A stretch of 64,000 nucleotides of DNA from Marinicella sp. (GTDB taxonomy: Bacteria; Pseudomonadota; Gammaproteobacteria; Xanthomonadales; Marinicellaceae), in NCBI GenBank assembly GCA_965230295.1, contig OZ246001.1, positions 2,912,001-2,976,000 on the forward strand, in the 5' to 3' direction. Numbering within the stretch: the first letter of the stretch is position 1; the number at the start of each line of letters is the position of its first letter. The notes below the pieces were generated by a model. That model was not told where the DNA came from, searched no databases, and saw only the letters and a program-made list of their open reading frames with translations. A program made the translations under genes and the position numbers. Of this stretch, positions 32,156 through 41,439 are shown piece after piece.

Positions 32156-33152
32156 CAGAAATCACTGGCTGCTGACCTGGATGGTGGTGGCCATCTTGTT
32201 GCTGTGTTTTTTTGCAGGCTATGAATATTATTTGAAAAAGCATGGTTTTGAACCAGCCGTAGAGTTCAATAAGGATTTGTGGAGTTGGCATCGCCGGGCT
32301 GCTTCTGACCACCCTGAAGTCATCGCGTTGATAGGAACATCCCGCATGCAGTTGGGAATCAACACAGCAACCATGCGAGCACAATTCCCCAACAACAAAA
32401 TCGTTCAGCTGGCCATCAATGGTCAATACCCAATGGCTTCAATGAAATCCTTGGCGGATGATGAATCGTTCACTGGCACTGTCATCATGTCATTCATGGC
32501 ACAGATGCTGGAGCCAAGGTATGAAGACATGCAAGCAGAATACAATGATTATGCCCAATATGAATCCAGTTGGTATTTGGCACTGGACTCGTGGTTGACG
32601 GCAAAATTCAAGTATCAGTTTCGTTTCTTGCATCCACTGTTAGGGCTTAAAGATCTGGTCAATCACTGGTCTAAGTACCACAGCATGCCAAAGCCCTTTT
32701 ATGCGAGTGCTCATTATGACGGCAGTGCCTTTGGCGATTACACCAAAGTAAACACCATTCCTCTGAAAAAACATTTCATCTCAGAAAAGAGAAAAAACTA
32801 TCAAGAGTACCCAATCATGAATACCCTGATTTGGCAGGAACAAGTCAAGAAGTTAGCTGACTACATCAAAAAGATTAAGCACAAAGGTGGGCAAGTGATA
32901 CTGGTCCGTTTTCCAACCAGTGACGACCATTGGGTCTTGGATGAACAGTTTTATCCCAGGCATCAATTTTGGGACACCCTGGTGAATGCGATACCTGCTG
33001 CCCATTTCATTCATTTCAAAGACGATGAAATCCTGCGCTCATTTGAATTGCCTGATTCTTCACACTTGGATCAAAAAGATGCCATACCGTTCACTGTCAG
33101 AATCATTGAGATACTCAAAGACAAGCAGTACATACCAGATGCGAAAAACTGA
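32130..33152 (+). CDS. Membrane-anchored SGNH-like partner of the MBOAT (AlgJ/DltD-like acyltransferase)
   Basis: N-terminal TM, 'LIGTSR' (GxS block) and 'DSSHL' (DxxH). Overlaps the MBOAT 3' end. Confidence 0.65.
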   Translation: MPSSISNSDRNHWLLTWMVVAILLLCFFAGYEYYLKKHGFEPAVEFNKDLWSWHRRAASDHPEVIALIGTSRMQLGINTATMRAQFPNNKIVQLAINGQYPMASMKSLADDESFTGTVIMSFMAQMLEPRYEDMQAEYNDYAQYESSWYLALDSWLTAKFKYQFRFLHPLLGLKDLVNHWSKYHSMPKPFYASAHYDGSAFGDYTKVNTIPLKKHFISEKRKNYQEYPIMNTLIWQEQVKKLADYIKKIKHKGGQVILVRFPTSDDHWVLDEQFYPRHQFWDTLVNAIPAAHFIHFKDDEILRSFELPDSSHLDQKDAIPFTVRIIEILKDKQYIPDAKN

Positions 33153-33215
33153 TGAGTTCATCTGTCTGAACTAACCGGCAGAAGATGAGTCCAAAGCTAA
33201 AAACAGGACCAAGCT

Positions 33216-33902
33216 TTGATATTTAAAACATTACTTTTTTTGCTGTTAACCCAAGTGCAGATACCAACCAGCCAGCGGTCTGAAGCCGCCATTCAGAACA
33301 CCACCCCTCGCTTAAAAGCATCCTTTCAGCAAAAGCAGTTAAACTGGGGTTCACCTGTTTACATTCGGATCTTTAAAGCCAATAAAGAGCTGCAAGTGTG
33401 GATCAAAAGCAAGCAAGGATTTGTGTTGTTCAAATCTTATCCAGTCTGTACCTATTCAGGTCAATTAGGGCCCAAGTTGAAAGAAGGTGATTTTCAAAGT
33501 CCAGAAGGATTTTATTATGTCAAACCCAATCAATTGAATCCCTGGAGTCGATTCCATTTGTCTTTCAATTTGGGCTTTCCCAATGCTTATGATCGAGCAC
33601 AAGGGCGCACAGGCAGTGCATTGATGGTGCATGGATCTTGTGTTTCAATTGGCTGTTATGCGATGACAGATGCCCAAATCGAAGAAATATACACTTTGAT
33701 GGATGCTGCCTATCAAGCTGGACAACCGTTCATTCGGGTGCACATTTTTCCATTCGAGATGAACCAGGCCAACATGTCAGCTCATAAAAACTCACCTTGG
33801 ATTGATTTTTGGACCCATTTAAAAATCGGTCATGACTTCTTTGCCGATAACAACCGCCCACCCAATGTCGAAGTGGTGGACGGCATGTATGTTTTTGATT
33901 GA
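33216..33902 (+). CDS. YkuD/L,D-transpeptidase family protein (YafK/DpaA-like)
   Basis: Motifs 'GPKLKEGDFQSPEGFY', 'FNLGFPN' and catalytic 'HGSCVSIGC'. Confidence 0.88.
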   Translation: MIFKTLLFLLLTQVQIPTSQRSEAAIQNTTPRLKASFQQKQLNWGSPVYIRIFKANKELQVWIKSKQGFVLFKSYPVCTYSGQLGPKLKEGDFQSPEGFYYVKPNQLNPWSRFHLSFNLGFPNAYDRAQGRTGSALMVHGSCVSIGCYAMTDAQIEEIYTLMDAAYQAGQPFIRVHIFPFEMNQANMSAHKNSPWIDFWTHLKIGHDFFADNNRPPNVEVVDGMYVFD

Positions 33903-33905
33903 TTC

Positions 33906-35132
33906 TTAATTGCCGGTAATTTCTGTCGATTGATTCGACTTTGAATTTTTACCATACTGGGTTTTGAGTACCAAGTAACCGATCAAAGCTGAAATCAAAG
34001 AGCCGACAATGATACCCAGTCGTTCATCGAATACCATGTCGAATTGAGTTTCTTCATAGGCCAGGGAGCCAATGAATAAACTCATGGTGAAGCCAATGCC
34101 GCACAAAGCTGCAATCCCGTATAAGGAGACCCAATTACTTCGTTCTGGTAGAGTGGCCCACTTCATTTTGATGGCCAGCCAACACAATCCAAAGATACCC
34201 ACTTGCTTACCGACCACCAGTCCCAAAGCGATGCCTAGCGGGACAGGGTGCAACAGTTGCTCAACACCGATTCCGGATAAGTTAATACCTGAATTGGCAA
34301 AAGCGAATATGGGTAAAATAATGTATGCCACTGCCGAATGCAGGTTATGTTCTAATTCTTTCAAGGGCGAATAATCCGGTTTGATTTTTGACTTAATGGG
34401 TATGAACATGGCCAAGATCACTCCGGTTAATGTGGCATGAACGCCAGATTTCAGCATGGCTACCCACATCACAATGCCAATCATGATGTATGTACTGGTG
34501 GCTTCAATGCCTTTTTTGTTGATCAGCCACAGCAAAGGAATACAAATGGCCACCACAATCAATGCAGTCATGGAGATTTGTGAGGTGTAGAAAAAGGCAA
34601 TCACCAATATGGCTCCAATGTCATCAAAAATGGCGAGTGAGGTGAGGAAGATTTTCAAGCTGGTTGGGACTCTGGGACCCAATATTTTCAGAACACCTAA
34701 AGCAAAAGCGATGTCTGTGGCTGCCGGTATGGCCCATCCTTGTAAAGCCATCGGGTCGTCTTTATTGAACCAAAAGAACACCATGGCAGGAACCAACATA
34801 CCGCCCACAGCACCGATGCCAGGTAGAATGATGTTCTTCTTGTCAGACAGTTCACCTTCTATCAATTCTCTTTTTAACTCTAAACCGACCAAAAAGAAAA
34901 ACACAGCCATCAAACCATCATTGATCCACAGTAACAATGGTTTGGCAATATTCAATGCCCCGATCTGAATGGCCACTGGTGTATCCAAAAGCAAGTTGTA
35001 ATAACTGGTGAGCGGAGAGTTGGCAATCAGCATGGCCAACACGGCTGAGAAAAATAACAAGATACCAGCGGATGACTCCATTCTGAAAAAGTTTTTAATA
35101 AATGATACGGCTGCTTTTTGCATGGTTTTCAC
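33906..35132 (-). CDS. nhaA: Na+/H+ antiporter NhaA
   Basis: Motifs 'WINDGLMA', 'GWAIPAATDIAFA', 'LAIFDD' and 'GIGFTMS'. Confidence 0.97.
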   Translation of the reverse strand: MKTMQKAAVSFIKNFFRMESSAGILLFFSAVLAMLIANSPLTSYYNLLLDTPVAIQIGALNIAKPLLLWINDGLMAVFFFLVGLELKRELIEGELSDKKNIILPGIGAVGGMLVPAMVFFWFNKDDPMALQGWAIPAATDIAFALGVLKILGPRVPTSLKIFLTSLAIFDDIGAILVIAFFYTSQISMTALIVVAICIPLLWLINKKGIEATSTYIMIGIVMWVAMLKSGVHATLTGVILAMFIPIKSKIKPDYSPLKELEHNLHSAVAYIILPIFAFANSGINLSGIGVEQLLHPVPLGIALGLVVGKQVGIFGLCWLAIKMKWATLPERSNWVSLYGIAALCGIGFTMSLFIGSLAYEETQFDMVFDERLGIIVGSLISALIGYLVLKTQYGKNSKSNQSTEITGN

Positions 35133-35217
35133 ATAAATTTGATTGCTAGAAGATATAGTAGCAAATGTTTAACATTCAAGGTAAATCGTAATGATTTACA
35201 TTCTAATTTAGAGAGGT

Positions 35218-36579
35218 TTGTCAATGAATTTGGTGTGGTTTCGAAATGACTTGCGATTGGCCGATAACCCGGCTTTGTTTCATGCACTTAATCACCACTC
35301 GAAAACACAGGCCCTATTCATATTAACGCCCAAACAACACCAAAATCATGGTGAAGCCCCTCAAAAATTCGAGTTTATCAAAGCCCATGTGAATGATTTG
35401 ACAAAACGCTTGGCCAAAATGGGTGTTTTTTCGCAGGTATTTGAAGTCAATGACTTTTCTGATGTTCCTGATGTGTTCGATCAACTGTGCTCAAAACACG
35501 AAATTTCCGGGGTTTTTTTCAACACCAATGACTGGGTCAATGAGATTTTGCGCGATCAGTCAGTCAAAGCGGTTTTGACCAGGCAGGCTGTGACTACCCA
35601 TGAATTCCACAGCAATTACCTGTTGCCACCTGGTACGGTGCGTAAAGCAGATGGCAGTATGTACCATGTGTTCACGCCTTATAAAAGGACATTCATCGAA
35701 GCACTGAAGATCAATTATCATTTACCTTTGAATGTCCCGGATGCCCAAGAAGAAGCCATTGATGAACCCAAACAGCTGGCGGTTAATTTCGAATTGAATG
35801 ACTGGCCCATAGGTGAACAGGCTGTTGCAGATCGAATCAAGGTGTTTACTGGACAAAACAACTACCATGAAGAACGCGATTACCCGGCAATAGCCGGTAC
35901 CAGTCAATTGTCTCCATATCTTGCCATAGGGGTGATCAGTGCTCAACAATGCTTGGCCCATGCATTAAAACAACAAGGAGAAGCGGCTTTCAACAGTACG
36001 TGGGTTTCTGAATTGATTTGGCGGGATTTTTATAATGACCTGATGTTTGAATACCCAAAATTGGCCAAAGGACAAACGTTTAAAAAAGAAGCCACTGATG
36101 ACTGGGTTGATGCACCCGATTTGTACCAGGCCTGGCAACAAGGGCAGACGGGTTTTCCTATTGTCGATGCCGGGATGCGTCAGTTGCTCAAAGAAGGCTG
36201 GATGCACAACCGCGTCCGCATGATTGTTGCTTCATTCCTGAGTAAATTGTGCTTGGTCGACTGGCGTTTGGGTGAAGCCCATTTTATGGCTCATTTACTC
36301 GATGGCGATTTGGCCTCTAACAATGGCGGTTGGCAGTGGTCTTCAGCCACCGGATGTGATGCAGCGCCTTACTTTCGAATCTTCAATCCCACCACACAGT
36401 CTAAGAAGTTTGATCCTGATGGCAGCTATATCAGGACCTATGTGCCAGAGTTGTCTCTGCTAGGCAGTAAAGAGATCCACGATCCAAGACCTGAAATCAG
36501 GGCAGCCAACAGTTACCCACAACCCGTCATTGATTATAAAAAAGCGCGTCAGCAAGCACTGGCTTGGTTTAAAAAATAA
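35218..36579 (+). CDS. phrB: Deoxyribodipyrimidine (CPD) photolyase
   Basis: Motifs 'WFRNDLRLADN', 'TSQLSPYL', 'GWMHNRVRM', 'NNGGWQW' and 'YFRIFNP'. Confidence 0.93.
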   Translation: MSMNLVWFRNDLRLADNPALFHALNHHSKTQALFILTPKQHQNHGEAPQKFEFIKAHVNDLTKRLAKMGVFSQVFEVNDFSDVPDVFDQLCSKHEISGVFFNTNDWVNEILRDQSVKAVLTRQAVTTHEFHSNYLLPPGTVRKADGSMYHVFTPYKRTFIEALKINYHLPLNVPDAQEEAIDEPKQLAVNFELNDWPIGEQAVADRIKVFTGQNNYHEERDYPAIAGTSQLSPYLAIGVISAQQCLAHALKQQGEAAFNSTWVSELIWRDFYNDLMFEYPKLAKGQTFKKEATDDWVDAPDLYQAWQQGQTGFPIVDAGMRQLLKEGWMHNRVRMIVASFLSKLCLVDWRLGEAHFMAHLLDGDLASNNGGWQWSSATGCDAAPYFRIFNPTTQSKKFDPDGSYIRTYVPELSLLGSKEIHDPRPEIRAANSYPQPVIDYKKARQQALAWFKK

Positions 36580-36737
36580 AAAAATCATAAACTCAATATG
36601 ACAACTCATTTGATGAGAAATAATACAAATAAGTATTCAACAAGGCTTCACGTCCAAGTATTAAAAACTTAATTTTTCATACCGAATTTAATACCATGGT
36701 TTTATACTGAAATAAGTTAGCTCAACGAGAGGAAAAC

Positions 36738-37070
36738 ATGACCGACCCAACAAGACTCATTTGTGAAAAAGCCATGACATATCCAGGTGTGGTAAAAGGG
36801 CAATCATGTAACCAAATGGCCTTTAAAACCGGAAAGAAAAATTTCTTGTTCATTGGTCCTGGTGCTAAAGGCATAGGCTACAAAGCCATGTTTAAATTGG
36901 ATGCATCTGCCAATCAAGCACGTGAACTGGCAGCCAAAGAACCAGAGCGTTATCAGATGGGAGCTTCAGCAGGATGGGCAACCGTCAGGTTTACTGCTGA
37001 AAAGCCAATCCCCCAAGCTATTTGGCAAAAATGGCTCAAGGAATCTTATGATTTGAGTCAAAAGTCTTGA
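36738..37070 (+). CDS. MmcQ/YjbR-like small protein
   Basis: 110 aa with a good RBS (gaggaa). 'AFKTGKKNF...GWATV...WLKESY' resembles the YjbR fold. Confidence 0.6.
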   Translation: MTDPTRLICEKAMTYPGVVKGQSCNQMAFKTGKKNFLFIGPGAKGIGYKAMFKLDASANQARELAAKEPERYQMGASAGWATVRFTAEKPIPQAIWQKWLKESYDLSQKS

Positions 37071-37124
37071 ATAAGTATTGAATAATTCATGCTTTGTTTT
37101 TACTTCACAATGATTTATATCATC

Positions 37125-37680
37125 TAGGGAAAGCTGCTGAACAGCTTGACCCGCCGAGCTGGTTAGGCCACGAATGCAATCATGGCGGTTTGACGAAGTC
37201 AATAAGCCTTGATGAAATGAGTGATAAGACGTGAGCTATTGATGTTGCGGCCGCTATCGCTCCTTGCTATCGCGGCAGACCTACATCCATGTAGGCCAAT
37301 CAGAAGCGAAGAGAATAGCCAATGAACATGTGGCGATTTGACGAAGTCAAGAAGCCTTATGTGAATGGCGTTATAGCACAGGCAATGAAAGTTGGGCGGT
37401 TTTATCGAAGATAAAGAAGCCCGATTTGAATGCCGTAGTGCGTGCGAGATAGCATGTCATGTTCGCAGGTTAGGCAATGAATTCGTTACGGTTTTGCCAA
37501 AGGCAAAGAAGTAACGAGTGAATGCCGTAAACCGTGGACGCTTTCACTTTTGTCTGGAACAGACATACAGTGCGAAGCAACTGCTCAGACAAATAGTCTG
37601 TAAAGGTCGGTTTATTTGCGCAGCAAATATGAAGACCTGTCAGACCATGAACCAGAATGAAGCCCAAAGAACATTCCTTA
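37125..37680. mobile_element. Modular palindromic non-autonomous element, family A, long copy (556 bp)
   Basis: Bounded by TAGGGAAAGCTG... and ...ACATTCCTTA. Both ends and the core match the copies at 22276 and 54756 in inverted orientation. Contains five related hairpins and no credible ORF. Confidence 0.75.
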
Positions 37681-37765
37681 TAATGTAACAATTGTTTAAA
37701 AATCAAATATTTACTTTGGATTTGATGTGGTAGGATGGAATCAAATTATATTTTGAGGAGGACAT

Positions 37766-38047
37766 ATGGAATCACTTTTACCATTAATCATACAATTGGT
37801 CAGCGGTGCAGTAGGCGGTAATTTAGCTGGCGGTATTTTAAAGAAATTTTCATTGGGTACCCTGTGGAATTCAGTGGTCGGTATTTTGGGCGGAGGTATA
37901 GGCGGTCAATTACTGGGTATGCTGGGCATGGGTGTCAGTGGTGGCATGGATTTAACCGGCATTTTATCCTCTGTAGCAGCTGGTGGCGCTGGAGGTGGCG
38001 TCTTACTTGGCATTGTTGGCATGATCAAAAAAGCCATGGGTAAATAG
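37766..38047 (+). CDS. Small Gly-rich membrane protein (GlsB/YeaQ/YmgE-like)
   Basis: 93 aa of Gly-zipper hydrophobic helices; strong RBS gaggagg. Confidence 0.75.
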   Translation: MESLLPLIIQLVSGAVGGNLAGGILKKFSLGTLWNSVVGILGGGIGGQLLGMLGMGVSGGMDLTGILSSVAAGGAGGGVLLGIVGMIKKAMGK

Positions 38048-38068
38048 TTTCATCCACTCATCTCCAAG

Positions 38069-38097
38069 AAGAGGGACCAAAGGACGGTCCTTTTTTT
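38069..38097 (+). terminator. Intrinsic terminator
   Basis: gggacc...ggtcct stem followed by a T7 tract. Confidence 0.65.
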
Positions 38098-38201
38098 ATG
38101 CCCAAGTGCTTTAATTAAACACCCGGTCAATTTTTTCAGTACAATGGCTGCCTCATCGAGGGATCAAGAATCCTTGTTATTCAAATGAATGGATTGATTA
38201 A

Positions 38202-38930
38202 ATGCAAAAACTTATCTTAGGTATATGGATTTTAGGGTTTTCCGGACCCTCAATAACTGATGTGTTGGGATTTTCTGTGGGGGCACAATATTGGCATTAT
38301 GACATGGACGGTCAAGTGGAATCACCTTTGTCAGATAACAGCACGGCCAATATTGATTTTTCTGGCAACAGCGACTTGAACCCATATCTTCAATTTGAGC
38401 ACCCGGTACCTTTTGTGCCTAATTTCAAACTGCAACAGAATCAAATACAGGCTCAAGGTATGTTTCCTTTATCCGATCCAGACCTCATGAACGGTCAGGA
38501 AATTTTGGTACGCGGTGATCTGGACTTCAGCCACACGGATTTGATGTTGTATTATGAAGTATTGGACAATTGGCTGAACCTTGATTTGGGCTTCAGTTTC
38601 AAGTATTTCGATGGTCACCAAAGGTTTCAATACCAGAGCACCATTGATGATGAGTCTGACTTTGATGATTTAATCCCGATGGTTTATGCCAAGGGTCAAT
38701 TTGATTTGCCATTCACTGGATTCTCAGCTTTGGCCACTGTTGAAGCTTTGAGTTTTGACAGCAATCATGTGACCGACCTTGATCTGGCGGTGCGTTATGA
38801 AACCTCATTGGGACTGGCAGCAGATTTGGGTTACCGAAATTTTGATGTTGATTTGAAGAAAATCAACGATTACAAAAGCCACATCAAAGCTGATGGGTTT
38901 TATCTGGGCGTGAGTTTTAGGGCCTATTAA
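38202..38930 (+). CDS. Outer-membrane beta-barrel protein, TIGR04219-like
   Basis: Signal peptide, 'FEHPVPFVPN', 'LYYEVLDN', 'LDLG' and a C-terminal aromatic beta-signal. Confidence 0.8.
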   Translation: MQKLILGIWILGFSGPSITDVLGFSVGAQYWHYDMDGQVESPLSDNSTANIDFSGNSDLNPYLQFEHPVPFVPNFKLQQNQIQAQGMFPLSDPDLMNGQEILVRGDLDFSHTDLMLYYEVLDNWLNLDLGFSFKYFDGHQRFQYQSTIDDESDFDDLIPMVYAKGQFDLPFTGFSALATVEALSFDSNHVTDLDLAVRYETSLGLAADLGYRNFDVDLKKINDYKSHIKADGFYLGVSFRAY

Positions 38931-39177
38931 CACTATGCAAATAGTGACTGCTGAAGTTACTTTTTCAATCCAGCAAGGCAAAAGTCGTGATGTGTGGTTT
39001 TTCTACATGAACGACTGATAACGCCGTTGGATGGGAAAAGCAGCCCAGCCCTACGGGTTAGGACTGAAATTAACCCACTCTATGTTGCTCATCACTTGAT
39101 GGGGATCACCAACTGCGCTCTTCGCGCCTTGATTGGATTAATTTCAGTCAAAACAGTAACCATTTGCATAGTGTTAA
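38927..39177. mobile_element. MITE (251 bp) with ~24-bp terminal inverted repeats and TTAA/TA flanks
   Basis: Left end ttaacactatgcaaatagtgactg; right end cagtaaccatttgcatagtgttaa. An internal inverted repeat pairs gactgaaattaa (39062-39073) with ttaatttcagtc (39138-39149). Confidence 0.8.
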
Positions 39178-39223
39178 CAGGCCCTGGTTTTTGATCGGCA
39201 TCAAGATTTCATCAGATACCATG

Positions 39224-39251
39224 AAAAGCGTCTCAAAAGAGGCGTTTTTTT
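39224..39251 (+). terminator. Probable intrinsic terminator
   Basis: aaaagcgtctc-aaaa-gaggcgttttttt. Confidence 0.6.
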
Positions 39252-39285
39252 GGTTACAATGAATTCAAATCAAAAGGATGTCATT

Positions 39286-41439
39286 ATGCCCATAATAACC
39301 AAAGACTTCGCAGAAGTGATCAACCTGTTGCATGATCAACTGGAACATACATGGGTGGTGGGCACACCTTTAGGTATCGGCAAACCCAACCCATTGGTGA
39401 ATGAGATTTACCAGCATGCTATTGATAACCCTGATCTGAAACTGGATATATTCACCGCATTGTCATTGGCCATTCCCAAAGGCAGTTCGATTCTGGAACA
39501 ACGCTTTCTGGATGCATTCACCCAGCGCTTCTTTGGTGACTACCCAGAATTGACCTACATAGAAGACGTGCAACACAACCGGGTCTCTAATCACATCCAT
39601 GTGCGTGAATTTTACATGCAATCAGGGAAAATGTTGCGCTCGGAAACGGCACAAAGAGCATATGTCAGCAGCAATTACACGCATGTGGCCAGAGACATGG
39701 TTGATCGTGACGTGAACATTGTGTTGCAGATGGTGGCTGTTGAACGTACTGAACAAGGCCCTCAGTACAGCTTAAGTTGCAACCCCGATCTGACCCTCGA
39801 TATCGTCAGAATCGCGGCAGAAAAAGGGAAGCCCAAGCCTTTGGTGATTGCCATGGTCAATGAAGACTTGCCCTACATGGGTGGTCAGGCTGAAGTACCC
39901 ACTGATTTTTTTGACTGTATCCTTGATAACCCTGACCTGTATTTCCCGCCATTTGCCACACCGGCCCAAGCCATCAACCCGACTGATTACAGCATCGGTT
40001 TGTTGGCCAGCACCTTGATTAAAGACGGTGGCACTTTGCAGATTGGTATTGGCTCCTTGGCTGATGCCCTGGTGTACAGTACCCAGCTGCGACACCAGAA
40101 CAATGACACCTATCATGAATTGTTACAACACGCTGGGATCAAAGAAAATTTTGCACCTTTGATTGAACAGGTTGGTGACACCGAACCTTTTGCACAAGGT
40201 TTGTACGCTGCCAGTGAAATGTTTGTTGAAGGTTTTGCCCACCTGTATGATTCAGACATCCTCAAACGAAAAGTGTATCCTGACGCAGAAATTCAACAGT
40301 TGATCAATGAGGGCACGATAACAGAACAGTTAAAACCCAATGTCATCAGTGAGTTGCTGCAGCATCAAGTGATTGATGAAGTGATCACTGAACGCCAGTT
40401 CAAGCGGTTACAATTCCTGGGAATATTAAAAAATGACCTGACTTTCAAGCCCGGCACCATCACCGACGCCGCGGGTCATCAATACGACACCTATTTACAC
40501 GACACCGCCAACCGGCATGCCATCGAACAAAACTGTGTGGGTCACAGATTGCAGCATGGTGCGGTGTTGCATGCGGCCTTTTTTATGGGTTCAAAGCGAT
40601 TTTATGCCTGGTTGCGGGGGCTTAAGCCGGACATTCGACCTTGGTTTCAGATGACCCCGGTCAGCCAAATCAATGAGTTGTATGGTGGAGAGGCCTTAGA
40701 TCGCGTACAACGCATCAAAGCCCGATTTGTGAACACCTGTATGAAAGTGGATGTGTTGGGTGCAGCAGCTTCAGATACCTTGGAAGACCATCAGGTGGTC
40801 AGTGGTGTGGGTGGTCAATACAATTTCGTTGCCATGGCCCATGCCCTGGCTGACAGTCGTTCGATTTTGATGTTGCGCAGCGTGCACAAGGGGAAAAACA
40901 GCATTGAATCTAATATCGTGTGGAAATATGGGTATTGCACGATTCCCAGACACCTCAGAGATGTCGTGATCACTGAATACGGTATGGCGGACTTACGCGG
41001 GCAATCTGATGAAGTGTGTATCCAACGGATGATTTGTATAGCCGACAGTCGCTTCCAGGAAGGCTTAAGGACACAAGCGGTGGCTTATAAAAAACTATCG
41101 GCAGATTGGCAAGTTCCTGAGGCATTCAAAAACAACACACCTGAACGAATCAAAGAGCAGTTTAAGTCATTACAAGGCCAGGGGTATTTTCCTACTCACC
41201 CATTTGGTGAAGATTTCACCGCTGATGAGAAAACCATCATTGCTTCGCTACAATGGTTGAAGAGCCAAACGGCCAATAAGTACGGTACCTTGATGACCCT
41301 GGCCAAAGCCATGTGGTCTAGACCGTCAACAGCCCATCAGCCTTATTTGTCGCTGATGAAATTAGACCGAACCGGCCATTTTAAGGAGAAGTTGGCAGCC
41401 AAGTTGTTGGTTTATGCCTTGCGCCACCATGGGATATAA
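39286..41439 (+). CDS. Acetyl-CoA hydrolase/transferase family protein (long form)
   Basis: Motifs 'PLGIGKPN', 'SSNYTHVARD', 'DGGTLQIGIG', 'SGVGGQYNFV' and 'ITEYGMADLRG'. The likely ATG is 39286, after RBS aagga (the ORF track starts at 39250). Confidence 0.85.
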   Translation: MPIITKDFAEVINLLHDQLEHTWVVGTPLGIGKPNPLVNEIYQHAIDNPDLKLDIFTALSLAIPKGSSILEQRFLDAFTQRFFGDYPELTYIEDVQHNRVSNHIHVREFYMQSGKMLRSETAQRAYVSSNYTHVARDMVDRDVNIVLQMVAVERTEQGPQYSLSCNPDLTLDIVRIAAEKGKPKPLVIAMVNEDLPYMGGQAEVPTDFFDCILDNPDLYFPPFATPAQAINPTDYSIGLLASTLIKDGGTLQIGIGSLADALVYSTQLRHQNNDTYHELLQHAGIKENFAPLIEQVGDTEPFAQGLYAASEMFVEGFAHLYDSDILKRKVYPDAEIQQLINEGTITEQLKPNVISELLQHQVIDEVITERQFKRLQFLGILKNDLTFKPGTITDAAGHQYDTYLHDTANRHAIEQNCVGHRLQHGAVLHAAFFMGSKRFYAWLRGLKPDIRPWFQMTPVSQINELYGGEALDRVQRIKARFVNTCMKVDVLGAAASDTLEDHQVVSGVGGQYNFVAMAHALADSRSILMLRSVHKGKNSIESNIVWKYGYCTIPRHLRDVVITEYGMADLRGQSDEVCIQRMICIADSRFQEGLRTQAVAYKKLSADWQVPEAFKNNTPERIKEQFKSLQGQGYFPTHPFGEDFTADEKTIIASLQWLKSQTANKYGTLMTLAKAMWSRPSTAHQPYLSLMKLDRTGHFKEKLAAKLLVYALRHHGI

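Noticed and set aside
37125-37680. tRNA, tmRNA, RNase P or riboswitch in the long structured intergenic region
   Set aside because: I found no recognisable conserved motifs of these RNAs. Homologous segments recur elsewhere in the window in the opposite orientation, which fits a repeat element better. An Rfam search would settle it.
37470-37706. 78-aa minus-strand ORF in the 37-kb intergenic region
   Set aside because: It lies within the palindromic element and has no recognisable protein features.
38994-39194. 66-aa ORF
   Set aside because: It lies almost entirely inside the MITE and runs through its right TIR; probably spurious.
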